A stretch of 64,000 nt of DNA from the human T2T-CHM13v2.0 reference genome, Homo sapiens. Positions 1 through 12,603 of the stretch are shown piece by piece. The DNA lies in assembly GCF_009914755.1 (NCBI RefSeq), contig NC_060930.1; one strand, 5' to 3'. How positions within the stretch are numbered: position 1 is the stretch's first letter; every line of letters begins with the position of its first letter. Both the position numbers and the translations under genes were made by a program. The notes under the pieces are model-generated. The model had not been told where the DNA came from. It was given only the letters and a program-made list of their open reading frames with translations, and searched no databases.

Positions 1-24
1 AAGCATAGCATAGAGTCAATATGG

Positions 25-490
25 TTGTACTAGAGTTCCTGTTTGCCAAAAACAAATGTCACTCTAGCTAAGATAAATAGAAAAGTAAATTGTTAAAGGT
101 GATTGGCCAACTCACTGAATCTTTAGGAGAGCCAGGAGTCAAACTTGAAGGCTATGCATCCAGATAGGGTACCCAGCCCTACTGCTGCACTGATTTGATA
201 GAGACCCCATGACCACCACCTTTGTACATGGCTCTGCACAGGGTGCTGTTGACACTGATTCAAGGTGCCAGTAAGACCTGGGCCACTGCTGCTCCTGGCT
301 GCTAGATAGCCCTATGCCTCTCTTGCCAGAAGGAAGGAGTTCCATGTGGTGTCTCCTTTCTCCTTTCACTTTCTTCCAAATTGAAGTTGTAAGTGGGTGG
401 GTCTAACTGGCAGAGACTAAGTCACATGTCATAACAAATTACAAGAGGATCTGGGAAAACAAATGCCCAGCTTCTAACTTGAGGAGGAAA
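25..490 (-). mobile_element. Old MaLR LTR fragment (MLT1 K/L/M-like)
   Basis: Degenerate MLT1-like motifs (gttcctgtttgccaaaaacaaat...ctctagctaa; aactggcagagactaagtcacatg...aattacaagaggatctgggaaa). Highly diverged, boundaries approximate. Confidence 0.45.
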
Positions 491-2002
491 GACTCAGAAA
501 TTGAAAAATTTCTCATATTGAAAGGATTTTCAAAAGGTCCCAGATAGGTTAAAAAATCAGTGGCCAGGGAAGTCTCATCTTGTATAGGATTCCAGCGTTT
601 GTCTAAATTTTTCTTTATCTGTCTGAAATTCCCATCTGCCCTTTACTTCCTTGTTTTCCAAAGGTGACCTCACCAGAATCTCAATTCTAACATTATGCTG
701 GCAATGACCCAGGCAGTAAAAAATATATCACCAAATTAATTTAGTGGAAACACTAAAACATTCATGGTCTTAAAATTTTAACAGAAGCCTGTGTTTTCTC
801 CATTAAAAAAATTAATCGTGTAGGATGTCTTTAGTCAAAAGACAAATCAACTGGGTTGCAAAAAAGACTAAATAATGGCATTGTAACTGTACAAATCTGA
901 CTTTTGGCTGCTTTTTATAGGCCTGAAAAAAATATCAAAAGCAGTAAAAACTTATATTATTTCTGTCAGTAGTCCTTTTCATAAAATGTTGTGAAAACAA
1001 TCTCTCTAAGAAGGAAGCAACATACTGAGCAACAAGCCTCAGTCAGGAAGTTCATTTTTTCTTTGGCTTACAGCCCAATGCCATCAGAACTAATTAAAAA
1101 CAGAGCCACGCTGGTATGGGGCTCAGTGTTTGGGTTTTACAATAACAGAGTCACAAAGCAGGGGGATGTCTAATGAGAATAGTTTCTGAGTTTGTTTTGT
1201 AGCATTGGGCAACTATGTCAATTACTGGAACTGCAGCTCAGGGCCAGCACCCATGCTGGGATGTGAGAGAGTCTTACTGCCTTACAGATTGAGCTTCCTC
1301 TTTGATACATGTGATATGCATGTCACTTGTATACTGGTGCCACTCCTTGGCTGCAGATTATATCAGAAAAGGCTGATGCCACCTAGCTTCTGTCATCTGA
1401 GGCCAGATCAAATGTTACCAGGACCAGATTTCATCTGCATTATTAGCTATGCTCCAGTTAAAAAATAAAGCATGTCTTTCAGTTGAAAATTATTAGAAAT
1501 GAAGGCTCTGACTTATACAGCCATATGTATGAGCTGCTGGAGAATTAATGTGGGATGGGAGGGGAGCACAGAAGGACATACATTCCAAGGTAAAAAATAG
1601 AAGAGCCAAATAGCACGGCTAAAATGTCTTCTTGCTTTCCTGCATGTATAATAGGGATAAAATCAAGATTTTTCACCCTTGCTTAAAGAATCAAAATTCA
1701 CTCCACCCATACCCTAAAAGAACATTTATTTGTTATTTGTGTATATGGGGATTATGGTGTATGATGTCCTGGTCATTTAAGAAATTGACTTGGAAAAAGA
1801 AGGTAGGAGAGTCATGGAAATAGCTGGTAAAACACAAATAAGTAGTTATCAATAGAGTGCTTGCAACTCCATATGATCTTTTCAAATTTACCAATTTAAC
1901 CGTGTGTTCAAGGAGATTTTTCTTCTCCTTCATGCAAACCATAATGGCAGAACAATTCAGTGCCAAATGTAAGCACCATCGATGTATTAAAAAGAACTGC
2001 AG

Positions 2003-2178
2003 GGCTGGGCATGGTGGCTCCCTCCTATAATCCAAGAGATTTGGGAGGCTAAGACTGCAGGACTGCTTGAGGCCAGGAGTTCCAGACATCTTGGACAACG
2101 TTGCAGCACTGTACCCCAGCCTGGGCAACAGAGTGAGACTCTGTGTCTAAAAGTGAAAATAAAATAGAGTAAAATAAG
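2003..2178 (+). mobile_element. AluJ-type element with large internal deletion
   Basis: Left arm ggctgggcatggtggctc...ggccaggagttccagac joined directly to the right-arm end gcactgtaccccagcctgggcaacagagtgagactc, then an A-rich tail. Confidence 0.85.
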
Positions 2179-2966
2179 AGCTTAACAAATTTTGTATCCA
2201 CTTCTTGTGGTGTGATTTAGTGCATTTAAGACAGATGTGTTTATTTGTACTTCTGTTTCATTTACATTTCTTTTCATATTATAAGAACATATGTAAAGAA
2301 AAGTCAATAAATATGTAGTTTTAGTAGAGGAATTAAAGTAAATATTCAGACATTAACTAATTAACTTATGTAATCAAGTAATTGGTCATCTCAATTATTA
2401 ATGTCTTATGAAACATGCAAGATCTTCCTTTATGCTTTTTAAAGTTGTGAGCAGACAAGTTTATGATAGATGAACATGCTATGAGAGCAAGATTCTAAGA
2501 AGGCTGACATACACATTCTAGTCCAGCAATATTTATACAAATTAATTTAAAACATTTAATAATTTATATATTAATTCTCAATCTCAGTGGTGATTAGGCA
2601 TAAAGAATAAGAATTTTTAAGTATGTGCAATTAATATTATTTCACAAAGTAGAATATAATTTTATACTTTTTATTTTCTTACTTCATTCACTCTCTGGAC
2701 TTTCAATCTGTGTTAGTATTGGATATTCCCCCTATATCACATATAGTGCATTTCACAGAAACATATATTTGCCTTGAGAGTTCTACATGACAAAACCTAA
2801 TTGGCTGGGATTCCTTAATGTCTCTCTCTCCAGCACCTCCTCCCAAACCTCAAAAAGCATTTCATCCTATGCCCCGGGAAGTCTTTGATAGTACATTGAG
2901 CTAGATATCCCATACCTGTGCTCCCAAGTATACTGGTTTCCAGAGGCCTCAAATAGCAAAGCTCTA

Positions 2967-3111
2967 AGTCAGTCATGGTGGCGCGTGCCTATAGTCCCAC
3001 CTACTTGGGAGACTGAGGCTGGAGGATCACTTGAGTCCAGGAGTTTGAGACCAGCCTGGGCAACATAACAAGACCCTGTCTCTTACAAAAACAAAAAAAC
3101 AAAAACAAAAA
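2967..3111 (+). mobile_element. FLAM (free left Alu monomer)
   Basis: Monomer catggtggcgcgtgcctatagtccc...ggaggatcacttgag...accagcctgggcaacat with (CAAAA)n tail. Imperfect TSD caaagctct (2957-2965) / caaaactct (3112-3120). Confidence 0.9.
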
Positions 3112-3829
3112 CAAAACTCTGGAAAGAAGGCTCCAAGCAGTTTGTTTGGAGAATGGCAACAACATTAGCACCCCAGAAATGTCATGTTGGCACACTTGGT
3201 GATGCCATGGCCTAGAGTGATTAAGAAGTGGGACTTGGAACTCCAGGGCCTATTAATTGTGGACCAGAGAAATGGCAGGTAAGGAAGGAGGCAAGGAGGA
3301 AAAGAGATGGGGACCGAAAGAAAGTTTGACAAGCAGAGACCTCTTCAAGTTGAATTCAGGTCCTGTGACTGGACCTGAATATGACGGGACAGTCTCTAAA
3401 ACTCTACTCTGTTCAAATAGAAAGGGACAACATCAAATCCATTGTCACAGCAGGATTTACAAGGGGGTGGAGTTTGCAGTCTAAATCCTACAGAAGTGGA
3501 ACATTGAAAGTCACTGGTGGTAATTTAGAACATCAACAGCATGAATGAAGAAGACTTGATTTTTTCCTTTTCTTTCACTATGAAAAATGATGAAAGAACA
3601 TGATGTGTTTGGGAAGGTGTGAAGAGTTTGAGTGATTTTAGAGTTTTTGCTTTAGTTCTTGTTTATACTCAACTTCATGTATAAACTTATGTAAGTGATT
3701 TTGTAGAGCAGCCCCAGTCCCTTGTATAATCATCTTAATGCAAACATTGATTTTATGATCTATGGCTTATAGTGTTGTAACCAATGAATGGTGAAGGAAG
3801 AGAAATTATATTTAATTTGGTATCTGTTA

Positions 3830-3965
3830 CATGCCGGATCCTTTATGACATATCTTATTTATTTCTCAATACCACCCCCCAAAATGGGAAGTGATAATTA
3901 TTTTTCACAACTAGAGAAACTGAGTCTAAGATGGAAATAAAATTAAGACCAGATAATTTGATTTA
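3830..3965 (-). mobile_element. MIR fragment
   Basis: Reverse MIR core ttttcacaactagagaaactgagtctaag preceded by tatttatttctcaat. Confidence 0.5.
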
Positions 3966-6062
3966 AAGAAAACCATTTTCTTTTCTTCAGGGGCAATTTT
4001 TTTTTTACATTCCACCACATATTATTTATATGTTTATTATATTTCTTATGGAATTTGAAAATCATTGCAATCCAGTGGCAGTCCAAAATGATGTATTAAT
4101 ATCTTTGAGGTATCTACTACTTAAGTAGGAATTTTATCTCCCTAACAAAAATAAAAATAACATCTTTGGCTAATGCACACAGGATGTTGACTACACTAAT
4201 GTGTATTTGTGAAATGCTTTCCCATATACATGGCAGGTTCACCAACATAACTCATCCGATCTTGACAACAACTCTGTAACCTGGATATTGGTTAAAATTG
4301 ATTGCGGTAAAAATCTAAAAACAAACTGGTTGATATTAAGTAATTCATTGAGGATCCAAGTAGACAAACTGGAATTAGAATTCAAAGCTTCACATGCCTA
4401 GTCTTGTCCTTGTAGGATGAGATTCATGTTAGAAAGTGTACTGAAGACATGTGCAAAGACTTCTTCTGAAATTAATTTGGAATATCACAAGATTGGGTTT
4501 GATCTCTCAGCACTCTGCATTGTTCAAGGATTTGGGGGATTAGAGAGAATGTGCTTCAAGTGGCACTTCATGGTAAGCTAAGACGTTATGAAAAGTATTT
4601 CTGTGGTTTCTTTTTATCCAACTGATGTAAGAGAATTCCTGATGGGAAAAATAACTGATTTTTTAACATTCTGGGCCACTAAAACTTTCCCACAAATTTT
4701 GACATATAATTATATTGGTGTCTAGAAGTTGAACAAATACATGGAATTTTTTTCATGCCACCCAAATTCATCTCCCACCAATTCAGTGGCATCAAATATT
4801 CCTTATTTCCTGTTTACCCACTATACTTGGCAATGACTTGTAGCACTGGCCTGTTGTTCTGTGAATGTGTCATCATTTCAGAGGTGCCAGCGGGCTTTTG
4901 GCAGAAGCAGGATTAGTGTGCATTACTGATAATAACTACCAATTGGGCAGCAGTGTTGCTCCTGGTGCAAATTATAAATGACCTGTGTTTTTAGTCTTAT
5001 CATATTCCTCTTGATAGTATTAATGCCTTCATTAGAAAACATTTATGAAGCTCTTATTGGACATGAGTCATTATGGGGATGCTACAAGAAGAGAAAACAA
5101 AGTGCTGTTCTCGAGGAGCTTTGATGTGGTAGGGGACTTAGGCAGATGTAAACAGGTGCATCTATAAGGCTACCTCAACAATGTCCTGTGGGGTCCATGA
5201 GGACATTTCTAGCAATTTTACTGTTCTCTAAACCAATCATTCACTTTGCCTTTATAATATTTGAAGGAAGGAAATATTAATAGGTGCATTTGGCTCCCTT
5301 TCCTCCCCAAAATAAAAGCCATTTCTTTTTTTCCATAGACTATTTTGGAATTTTTTTGGTGATGTGTGCATAAATTCTTTCCATGAACAATTCTTGATAG
5401 TGGTACATAAACACGTAGAGGTGAATAATTGGATGGACTGGAAAGATAATGTAAGATGCTGCTGCTTCATTGTAATGTGTAGTCATTAGTGCAATGGTCA
5501 CTTTTTCCAAACAGAAGGGGAGAATATTGAAGTATCAAAGTCTTTCTTTTGTTTAATGTGAGTTTTGGTTTGTTGAGCCATCTCTTACAGTATGACCTTC
5601 TCAAATTCCCTCACTGAAAATAGATCCAGAAGAGACTAACATTATGCAGGTTTAATTGACTGTGATCCTGTAAAAAATTAGAACCACAGTTTTTTGTGTC
5701 CTCTACATGTGGGTGTTGAAGAAGAAACCTAAATGAGACCTCTTGACCTGGCTACAGCCATTGTGTTTGAGTTTGTCTTAGTAACATCAAACCTTATGTT
5801 AATTATCACCACCGAATTCTCCTTCATTAAAATTTAAGATAAAAACTGCTTTAAAGTGTTGAGTGTTTTGAAAAGAAAGCCAACAGTGTTAGAATAGAAT
5901 AGTCATGTTAGTGGTAGCCAACTTTTCTATATAGTGAGCAGCTATTGAATTAATACAAATGGGAAGAATAAAGGAAAGAAAATATTAATTGACTGGATTT
6001 TGGGGGTTTTAAGTGGAATTCCATAGTTTCCCTGGGTATTTTGGCCAAATAAGAATGTCACC

Positions 6063-6699
6063 TGTGGTGGGAATGTAATGGTGCAGTTGCTTTAGAAAAC
6101 AATCTGGCAGTTCTCCAAATGGCTAAACCTAGAGCTACCCAGCAACTCTACTCCTAGGTATATACCCAAGAGAGATGAAAACATATGTTCATGCAAAAAC
6201 TTGTACATAATATTCTTAGCAGTATTATTCATAACAGACAAAAAGTAAAAACAACAAAAATGTCCACTGATTGATGAATGGATAAACAAAATGTGGTATA
6301 TCCATATAATAGAATATTATTTGGCAATATAAAGAAACGTAATACTATAACATGGATGAACCTTGAAAACATTATGCTAAGTGAAAGAAGCCAGTCACAA
6401 TGTACCCCAGATTATATGACTCCATTTATATAAAATGTCTAGAATAGGAAAATTTATACTTAGAGGCAGAAAGTAGAATAGTGATTGCTTAGGGCCGGTG
6501 GAGGAAGGAGGGGTTTGGGGAGATTGCAGGGTGATGGCTAAGGGGTATAGGGTTTTTTGGGGGGAATGAAAAAGTTATAAAATTGATTGTGGTGATGGTG
6601 CACAACTGTGTAATTATACTCAAAGCCATTGAATTGTACACTTTAAATGAATGAAATATATGGTATGTGAACTATATCTCAACAAAGCTGTTTTTTAAT
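6063..6699 (+). mobile_element. L1MB-type LINE-1 3' end
   Basis: ctcctaggtatatacccaagagagatgaaaac, gaaaacattatgctaagtgaaagaagccagtcacaa, G-rich 3'UTR tract, terminal tgtgaactatatctcaacaaagctg. Confidence 0.92.
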
Positions 6700-7567
6700 A
6701 AGAAGAATGTTGCCTGCATTCAATGTCCCAGTATATAAAACCAAACCACTTTATATTATCAGTGTTAAAACCCTTACTTGTATTATGTTAGTTGACCTTT
6801 GGTCTCTTTTAATAAAGATTTAGTATGACTTATATTCCATTTTATAAGGTGGGTATATGAGAGCTAGGGGAGCTATCTTATTATCACATATAATATACCA
6901 GCAATGCTTTTGGTCACTGTGTAAAAAAGCCCCTTTTTAACCATGAAAAATCCAACTGAAGCCAATTGCAAGAGAACCACATTCATTTCAGAAGGATTTG
7001 TAAAAGCAAAAGTAATTGGCAATAATATATATAGGACTTGTAAATATTATATATACTTGATGAATTAGGTCTGAAATTTCTGGACTCTTGTCATATGGCA
7101 CTTCATTTATACTCCATTCTTTCAGACCTTTCAAATTCATAAAGAGACATTAAAAAATTGTTTTTAAGCTGTTAGGACTGCATATAGAACATGGGATGTG
7201 GTTGGCCATATAATCTGCATCTATCACACAGCAAACTACAGAACTGGGATGTTGGTTTTTGCTCACATCATGTTAAAGTACTGCTTCACAAGTTTTAACA
7301 GATATACATTTTCTCTCCCCTATTCATCTTATTAATTGTATAATAAGGTGTCAGTAATAGAAAAAGGCCTTGCTTCTTTCCTTCCTATATTTAAAGAACA
7401 ATGATTCTTTGTTTCAATATTTATAAGAACAAATAAAACTCTTAAAGTATCAACAGTACAAAATTACAGACAATGTTATTTACCTTGCATGTATTCAATA
7501 ATGTGAATGTATTTATTAAAGCTGTATTTTGTTTCAAGAAATATATGTGTGTGATAATATACCTTAT

Positions 7568-7773
7568 CAGACGGTATGCTGGTAAATGTTTAGCAATCAG
7601 ATCTCCTGAAAAAAAAAAGTCTCAATTTGTAGCTGTTGCCAACTTTGGTCATGTAAATATTCCCACCATGGCTGATTTCAAACTATTTGTGAGATGTCTC
7701 TAATGTGGTGTTAAGCAAAGATATACAAAATGGCTCTTGAGAGGTTGTATGAGTTGACTGCCACACACCATTG
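7568..7773 (-). mobile_element. MER63A-like hAT (Blackjack) MITE
   Basis: tgctggtaaatgttta...gtaaatattcccaccatggctgatttcaa...cacaccattg matches the recalled MER63A consensus; about 205 bp with degenerate TIRs. Confidence 0.75.
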
Positions 7774-7992
7774 GGTGCTTCTTAACATATATACACACAC
7801 AAGCACAGAGACACGTGTATATGAGCACAGACATGCACACACTGTCATTTATAATTTATACAACTGTATTGGGAGATGATATGTTCAACAATATGTTTTT
7901 CTTGATACATCCAGAGATACTTAAAATTTTTACCACATTGGAGGCTTCTCTTGCTAAAATAGATGATCAAATTCCTTGCTGACAATATGGAG

Positions 7993-8214
7993 CAGGGGTG
8001 TCTAATGTTTTGGCTTACCTGGGCCACATTGGAAGAAGAAGAATTGTCTTGGGCCACACATAAAATACACTAACACTAACGATAATTGATGAGCTCAAAA
8101 TAATAGCCAAAAAATCTCATAACGATTTAAGGAAGTTTATGAATTTATGTTGGGCCACATTCAAAGCTGTACTGGGCTGCATGCAGCCCTCAGGCTGCGT
8201 GTTGGACAAGCCTG
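7993..8214 (+). mobile_element. MER30 hAT-Charlie MITE, full length
   Basis: caggggtgtc...gggccacattggaagaagaagaattgtcttgggccacacataaaatacactaacac...ttggacaagcctg. 8-bp TSD atatggag / atatagag (1 mismatch). Confidence 0.92.
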
Positions 8215-8321
8215 ATATAGAGTATACCTTAAGAAATGTAATCTTTTCTTAATTCAAAATCAATTGTTAGAGTAATAAAGTAGGACTAAGATTCTTATTT
8301 CAACTCGATGATTAAGTAGGG

Positions 8322-8366
8322 GTGTGTATGTGTGTGTCTGTGTGTGTGTGTGTGTGTGTGCGCGTG
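8322..8366. repeat. (TG)n microsatellite ending in CGCG
   Basis: gtgtgtatgtgtgtgtctgtgtg...gtgcgcgtg read directly. Confidence 0.95.
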
Positions 8367-8987
8367 GGAGGTTACCTTAATTGAGAGATCCCCTCAATCA
8401 TCTCCCTAGGCTTTGGCTTGATTTACTTCATTGACATTTAGCAAGTTTCATTGGATAAATTCCAAGTCCCTTCCATTTCCAAACCTATGAATTTAGTCAC
8501 CATGAATTAACATATGCCACAGTACTAGTTTCAGTGCAGTATGATTGGGAGTGATTACATCTGTTATTGAGGTTTGTTCTCTTCAGCTGTTTGTGATATT
8601 ATCCTTATTTTTGTTCTTGATCTTCAGATCTCCTTCCTCTACCTTTAGTTTGCCGCTTCTAATCTAATGGACTTGGGAGAAGCCACTTACGAGAATGGTA
8701 TATAAGCCAAGAGCAAATGAACTGACGTCTGAGGGGCTGGCTATCCAAACAACAAAAGATGGAGCATCAGATCATTCATTGAAGAGTTTCTTGCTCTTAC
8801 AAGGTCTTTGCAATGATTTGAGAGAGGAAGTTGCTATATAATGCTATCTGGATGAGTTCTTTGTATTTTTACTCTGCATTTTATTATTTAGTATTTATTC
8901 TGTGTTTTGGTTATATCACAATATTTTGGTAGTTTGTAATAGAACTTCAAAAATTCAGGTTTATTTATAAGGCATATTTTAAGATGT

Positions 8988-9085
8988 CTAATTTTCACAT
9001 ATGGAAAATTTGAGGAAGATATTTGCTCAAAGCTACACATCATATTTCAAGCACAGACAAGACTAGAATTCAGACTTCCTGACCG
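8988..9085 (-). mobile_element. MIR fragment
   Basis: attttcacatatggaaaatttgagg...tttgctcaaagctacac...gactagaattcagacttcctgac. Confidence 0.6.
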
Positions 9086-10955
9086 TTAGGACTATTCAAA
9101 CATTCATAATCCATCATCCATCTAGGAGTTTCAGTAAATAGGCCATAGTCTTTAAGCTGTAGAAAATTTTATTTCTAAGGCCTTCAAAATAGATTCGTGA
9201 GGTACAAAATGTTGCATTCCATTCTTTATAAAGTGATTTGATTTGACCATCCTCCCTGGTGAAATATTCTATCTTTATCATTCTTGTGGGCCCCTGTTGG
9301 GTCTTGAGTAATCAAAGGTAGGTACAATGCCTTGGCTGGTGGTCCTCTCTGATCATTAGCCTTCTCTCCAAGCAGGCTGCATCTCACTGTGCATTTGCTC
9401 TTTTTCCATTGTTACTTTAGGTTTGAGGGTCATTGTTGTTTTCATACCACAGTTGAGAAATAACAATCTTTACAAGCTTTCCAATAGTGCCATCTGTAAA
9501 TTTTCAAAGGTACTATTTTTCTCAAAGGTCTTACATCCCTTGTTTTTTGCTCCTCTAGGACTTATAGACCTGTCTCCTCTCCCCAAGTCAGTGGGAAATT
9601 CTTTTTCTTGTTTATAAAGACAACGTTCTCCTTTGCTTCTTTCTAGACACTCTCCTTGTTTCTGTAATTCCCCTTTGCACTTTTGCTTTCTTTGTCAACT
9701 CTGTTTGTTCTCCTATGGGATAGATTTTAGAAACAGGGACAGAAAGTCTAGCAGGCTAATTCTGCTTTTTCTTCTTTTACTGAGCACATCTCACCTCTCC
9801 TCCACCCCAGATTTTGAAAAGTTAACTGGATACCTGCTTGAATGTGATGTGGGAATGTAAGAAATGTGTATAAACACTGGTTGCTTCAAGGAGGAGGGAT
9901 TAAGGATGAGACGGAAAAAGATCATTAATATTTTCTTTATTCTCTTTTGTGATTCTTGATCTTTCATAATTAGCTTATATTATCTTTTAAATTCAAAACT
10001 CTAATAAAGAATTGGTTGAGTTTGGAAAATAGACTAGAGCTTTGCTAAAATCACTTTTTAGTTCTTTTAGTTCTAGTAGTGTTTTTTGTAGGCTGCAGTC
10101 TGTTTTCTGAACCGCAGTCTTACTTGCATATATTAGCAACAAACAAATGGAAATTGAAATGCGTAGTTCACTCACAATGGCATAGAAATAAAATATTTAG
10201 AAATAAGAAAACTGAGGGAAGGGCAGTCTTTTCAACAAATGATAATTGGCTATTTGTATATAAAAAAACTCAACCATTACCTTACACATTCATAAATATT
10301 AACTTACAACAGAACCTATAATTAAATGCAAGAGCTAAAACTTTAAAGTACCTAGAAGAAGATATCAGAGAGAATCTTTGTGACTCTGAGTTAGACAAAG
10401 CATTCTTAGATAGGATACAGAAATATGAAAGAAAAAATTGATGTTAGACTTCATCAAAATTGTAAAATTTTTTATGATTTTTGAACAACACTGTTAAAAA
10501 CATGAAAAGATTAGCTATAGAATGGGAAGAACTATTTATAAAATGCATATTTGATAAAAGACTTATATCCAGAATATATAAAGAACTCTTACAACTCAAT
10601 AGTAAGAAGACAAATCCTTGATTAAAAAAAATCAATAGACAATTCAATAGACAAGATGTATGAATGGTCAGAAAACACACACAAAAAAATGCTTAACATC
10701 ATTAGTCATCAGGGAAATGCAAATTAAAACCCATTAAAATTGAGATATGCCTAGACACCCACTAGAAAAGCTAAAATTAAAAAGATAGAGCATTCCAGGT
10801 GCTGACAAGGATGTAAAACAACTAGAAGTCCCATACATTGCTGGTAGGAATGCAAAATGGTACGGTGACTTTGAAAACCGGTTTGTCAGTTTCTTATGGA
10901 CTTAAACATAGAATTGACTTGCTGTAAGACCCAGCAACCTCACTCTTAGGTTAGG

Positions 10956-11227
10956 TAGTTTGGTGCAAAGGTAATTGCGGTTTTTGCCATTACTTTTAAT
11001 GGCATTACTTTCAATACAATACTTTTTTTTTTTTTTTTTTTTTTTTGAGACGGAGTCTCGCTCTGTTGCACCCAGGCTGGAGTGCAGTGGTGTGATCTCG
11101 GCTCACTACAACCTCCTCCTCCTGAGTTCAAGCGATTCTCCTGCCTCAGCCTTCCAGGTAGCTTGGATTACAGGCACATGCCACACTTTTAATGGCAAAG
11201 AACACAATGACTTTTGCATCAAACTAA
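10956..11227. mobile_element. MADE1 (Hsmar1-derived mariner MITE) split by an Alu
   Basis: Left TIR tttggtgcaaaggtaattgcggtttttgccatt (10959-10991) and right TIR aatggcaaagaacacaatgacttttgcatcaaactaa (11191-11227). Confidence 0.9.
11023..11184 (-). mobile_element. 5'-truncated AluS (right arm only)
   Basis: Poly-T then gagacggagtctcgctctgttg...gattacaggcacatgccac; followed by acTTTT/AA, a canonical L1-endonuclease site. Confidence 0.93.
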
Positions 11228-11844
11228 TATTTAGGTAAGATAAATTAAAACACATGTTCACAAAAAGCTACATATATGAATGTTGATGATAGCAGCATCA
11301 TTCACAGTAACTCCAGACTGGAAACAACCCAGTTGTCCATCTGCTGGTGAATAGCTAAACAGGTTGTAATAAATCCACGCAAGGGAACACTACTCAGCAA
11401 TATGAAAAAATGAGCAACCAATAAATGGAACAACCTTGATAAACCTCAAAAGCATTATGCTAAGTGAAAGAAGTCAGACACAAAGTATTACATACTGTGT
11501 GACTTCATGTATGTAAAATTCTAGAAAAAGCAAGAGTAGAGGAACAGAATACAGATCAGTGGTTTCCAGAGGCTAGGATGGGAGAGAGATTGACTACAAA
11601 GAGCCCAAAAGGAATTTTTTTCAGGGGATAGGATAATAGTCTATATCTTTATGGTAGTAGTTATAGGACTATATACATGTACGTGTTTCAAATTTTATTT
11701 AACTGTGCACTGAAAAAGAGTAGACTTTACTGTATGTAGTTGTACTCAATAAACCTCTCTTAAAATATACTTGGGGCAGCGGGAGGAGGGAATTATTCTC
11801 CCTGCTTCAGTTTCCTCATCTGTAATGTAGACCCGATAATAAAA

Positions 11845-12058
11845 CACTGCAAGCTCCGCCTCCCGGGTTCACGCCATTGTCCTTCCTCAGCCTCCCAAGT
11901 AGCTGGGACTACAGGCGCCTGCCACCACACCAGGCTAATTTTATGTATTTTTAGTAGAGATGGGGTTTCACTGTGTTAGCCAGGATGGTCTCGATCTTCT
12001 CACCTCGTGATCCGCCTGCCTCAGCCTCCCAAAGTGCTGGGATTAGAGGCATGAGCCA
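11845..12058 (-). mobile_element. AluY fragment lacking both termini and the poly(A) tail
   Basis: AluY diagnostics gcaagctccgcctcccgggttcacgccatt and gtgttagccaggatggtctcgatct. Abuts a MIR core at 11798-11842. Confidence 0.9.
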
Positions 12059-12089
12059 TTATTATTATATTAATAATCATATTAGTTAT

Positions 12090-12603
12090 TGTATTAGTCA
12101 GGGTTCTCTAGAGGGGCAGAATAGAATAGATGTACATGTGTAGGGGAGTTTATTAGAAAAGTTGACTCACATGATCACAAAGTGAAGTCCCACAATAGGC
12201 TGTGTGCAAGCTGAGGATCCAGGAAGCCAGTCTGAGCCCCAAAACCTCAAAAGTAGGGAAGCCGATAGTGCAGCCTTCAGTCTGTAACTGAAGGCCTGAG
12301 AGCCCCTGGCAAATCACTAGTGTAAGTCCAAGAATCCAAAAACTGAACAACTTGGAGTCTGATGTTCCAGGGCGGGAAGAATACAGCACAGGAGAAAGAT
12401 GGAGGCCAGAAGACTCAGCAAGTCGGCTCTTTCCATGACTGCTTTTATGCTGGCAGCTGATTAGATGGTGCCCACCCAGACTGAAGGTGGGTCCACTGAC
12501 TCAAATGTTAATATCCTTTGGCAACACCCTCACAGTCACACCTAGGAACAATACTTTACATCCTTCAATCCAATCAAATTGACACTCAATATTAACCATC
12601 ATA
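12090..12603 (-). mobile_element. MLT2A-type ERVL solo LTR
   Basis: tgtattagtcagggttctctagagg...ccttcaatccaatcaaattgacactcaatattaaccatca is the reverse of the MLT2A consensus ends. Confidence 0.9.

Larger units (their letters stand above)
10208..11765 (+). mobile_element. L1M (MB/MC-type) ORF2 end and 3'UTR, interrupted by MADE1 and an Alu
   Basis: agtcttttcaacaaatg, ttagacttcatcaaaatt, catcattagtcatcagggaaatgcaaattaaaac, agcattatgctaagtgaaagaagtcagacacaaa, terminal ctcaataaa. Confidence 0.9.

Noticed and set aside
8605-8810. Possible exon after the acceptor-like ttgatcttcag (also acceptor-like sites near 18219, 21105 and 31708)
   Set aside because: No convincing matching donor or conserved frame. 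Isolated polypyrimidine-AG sites are common.
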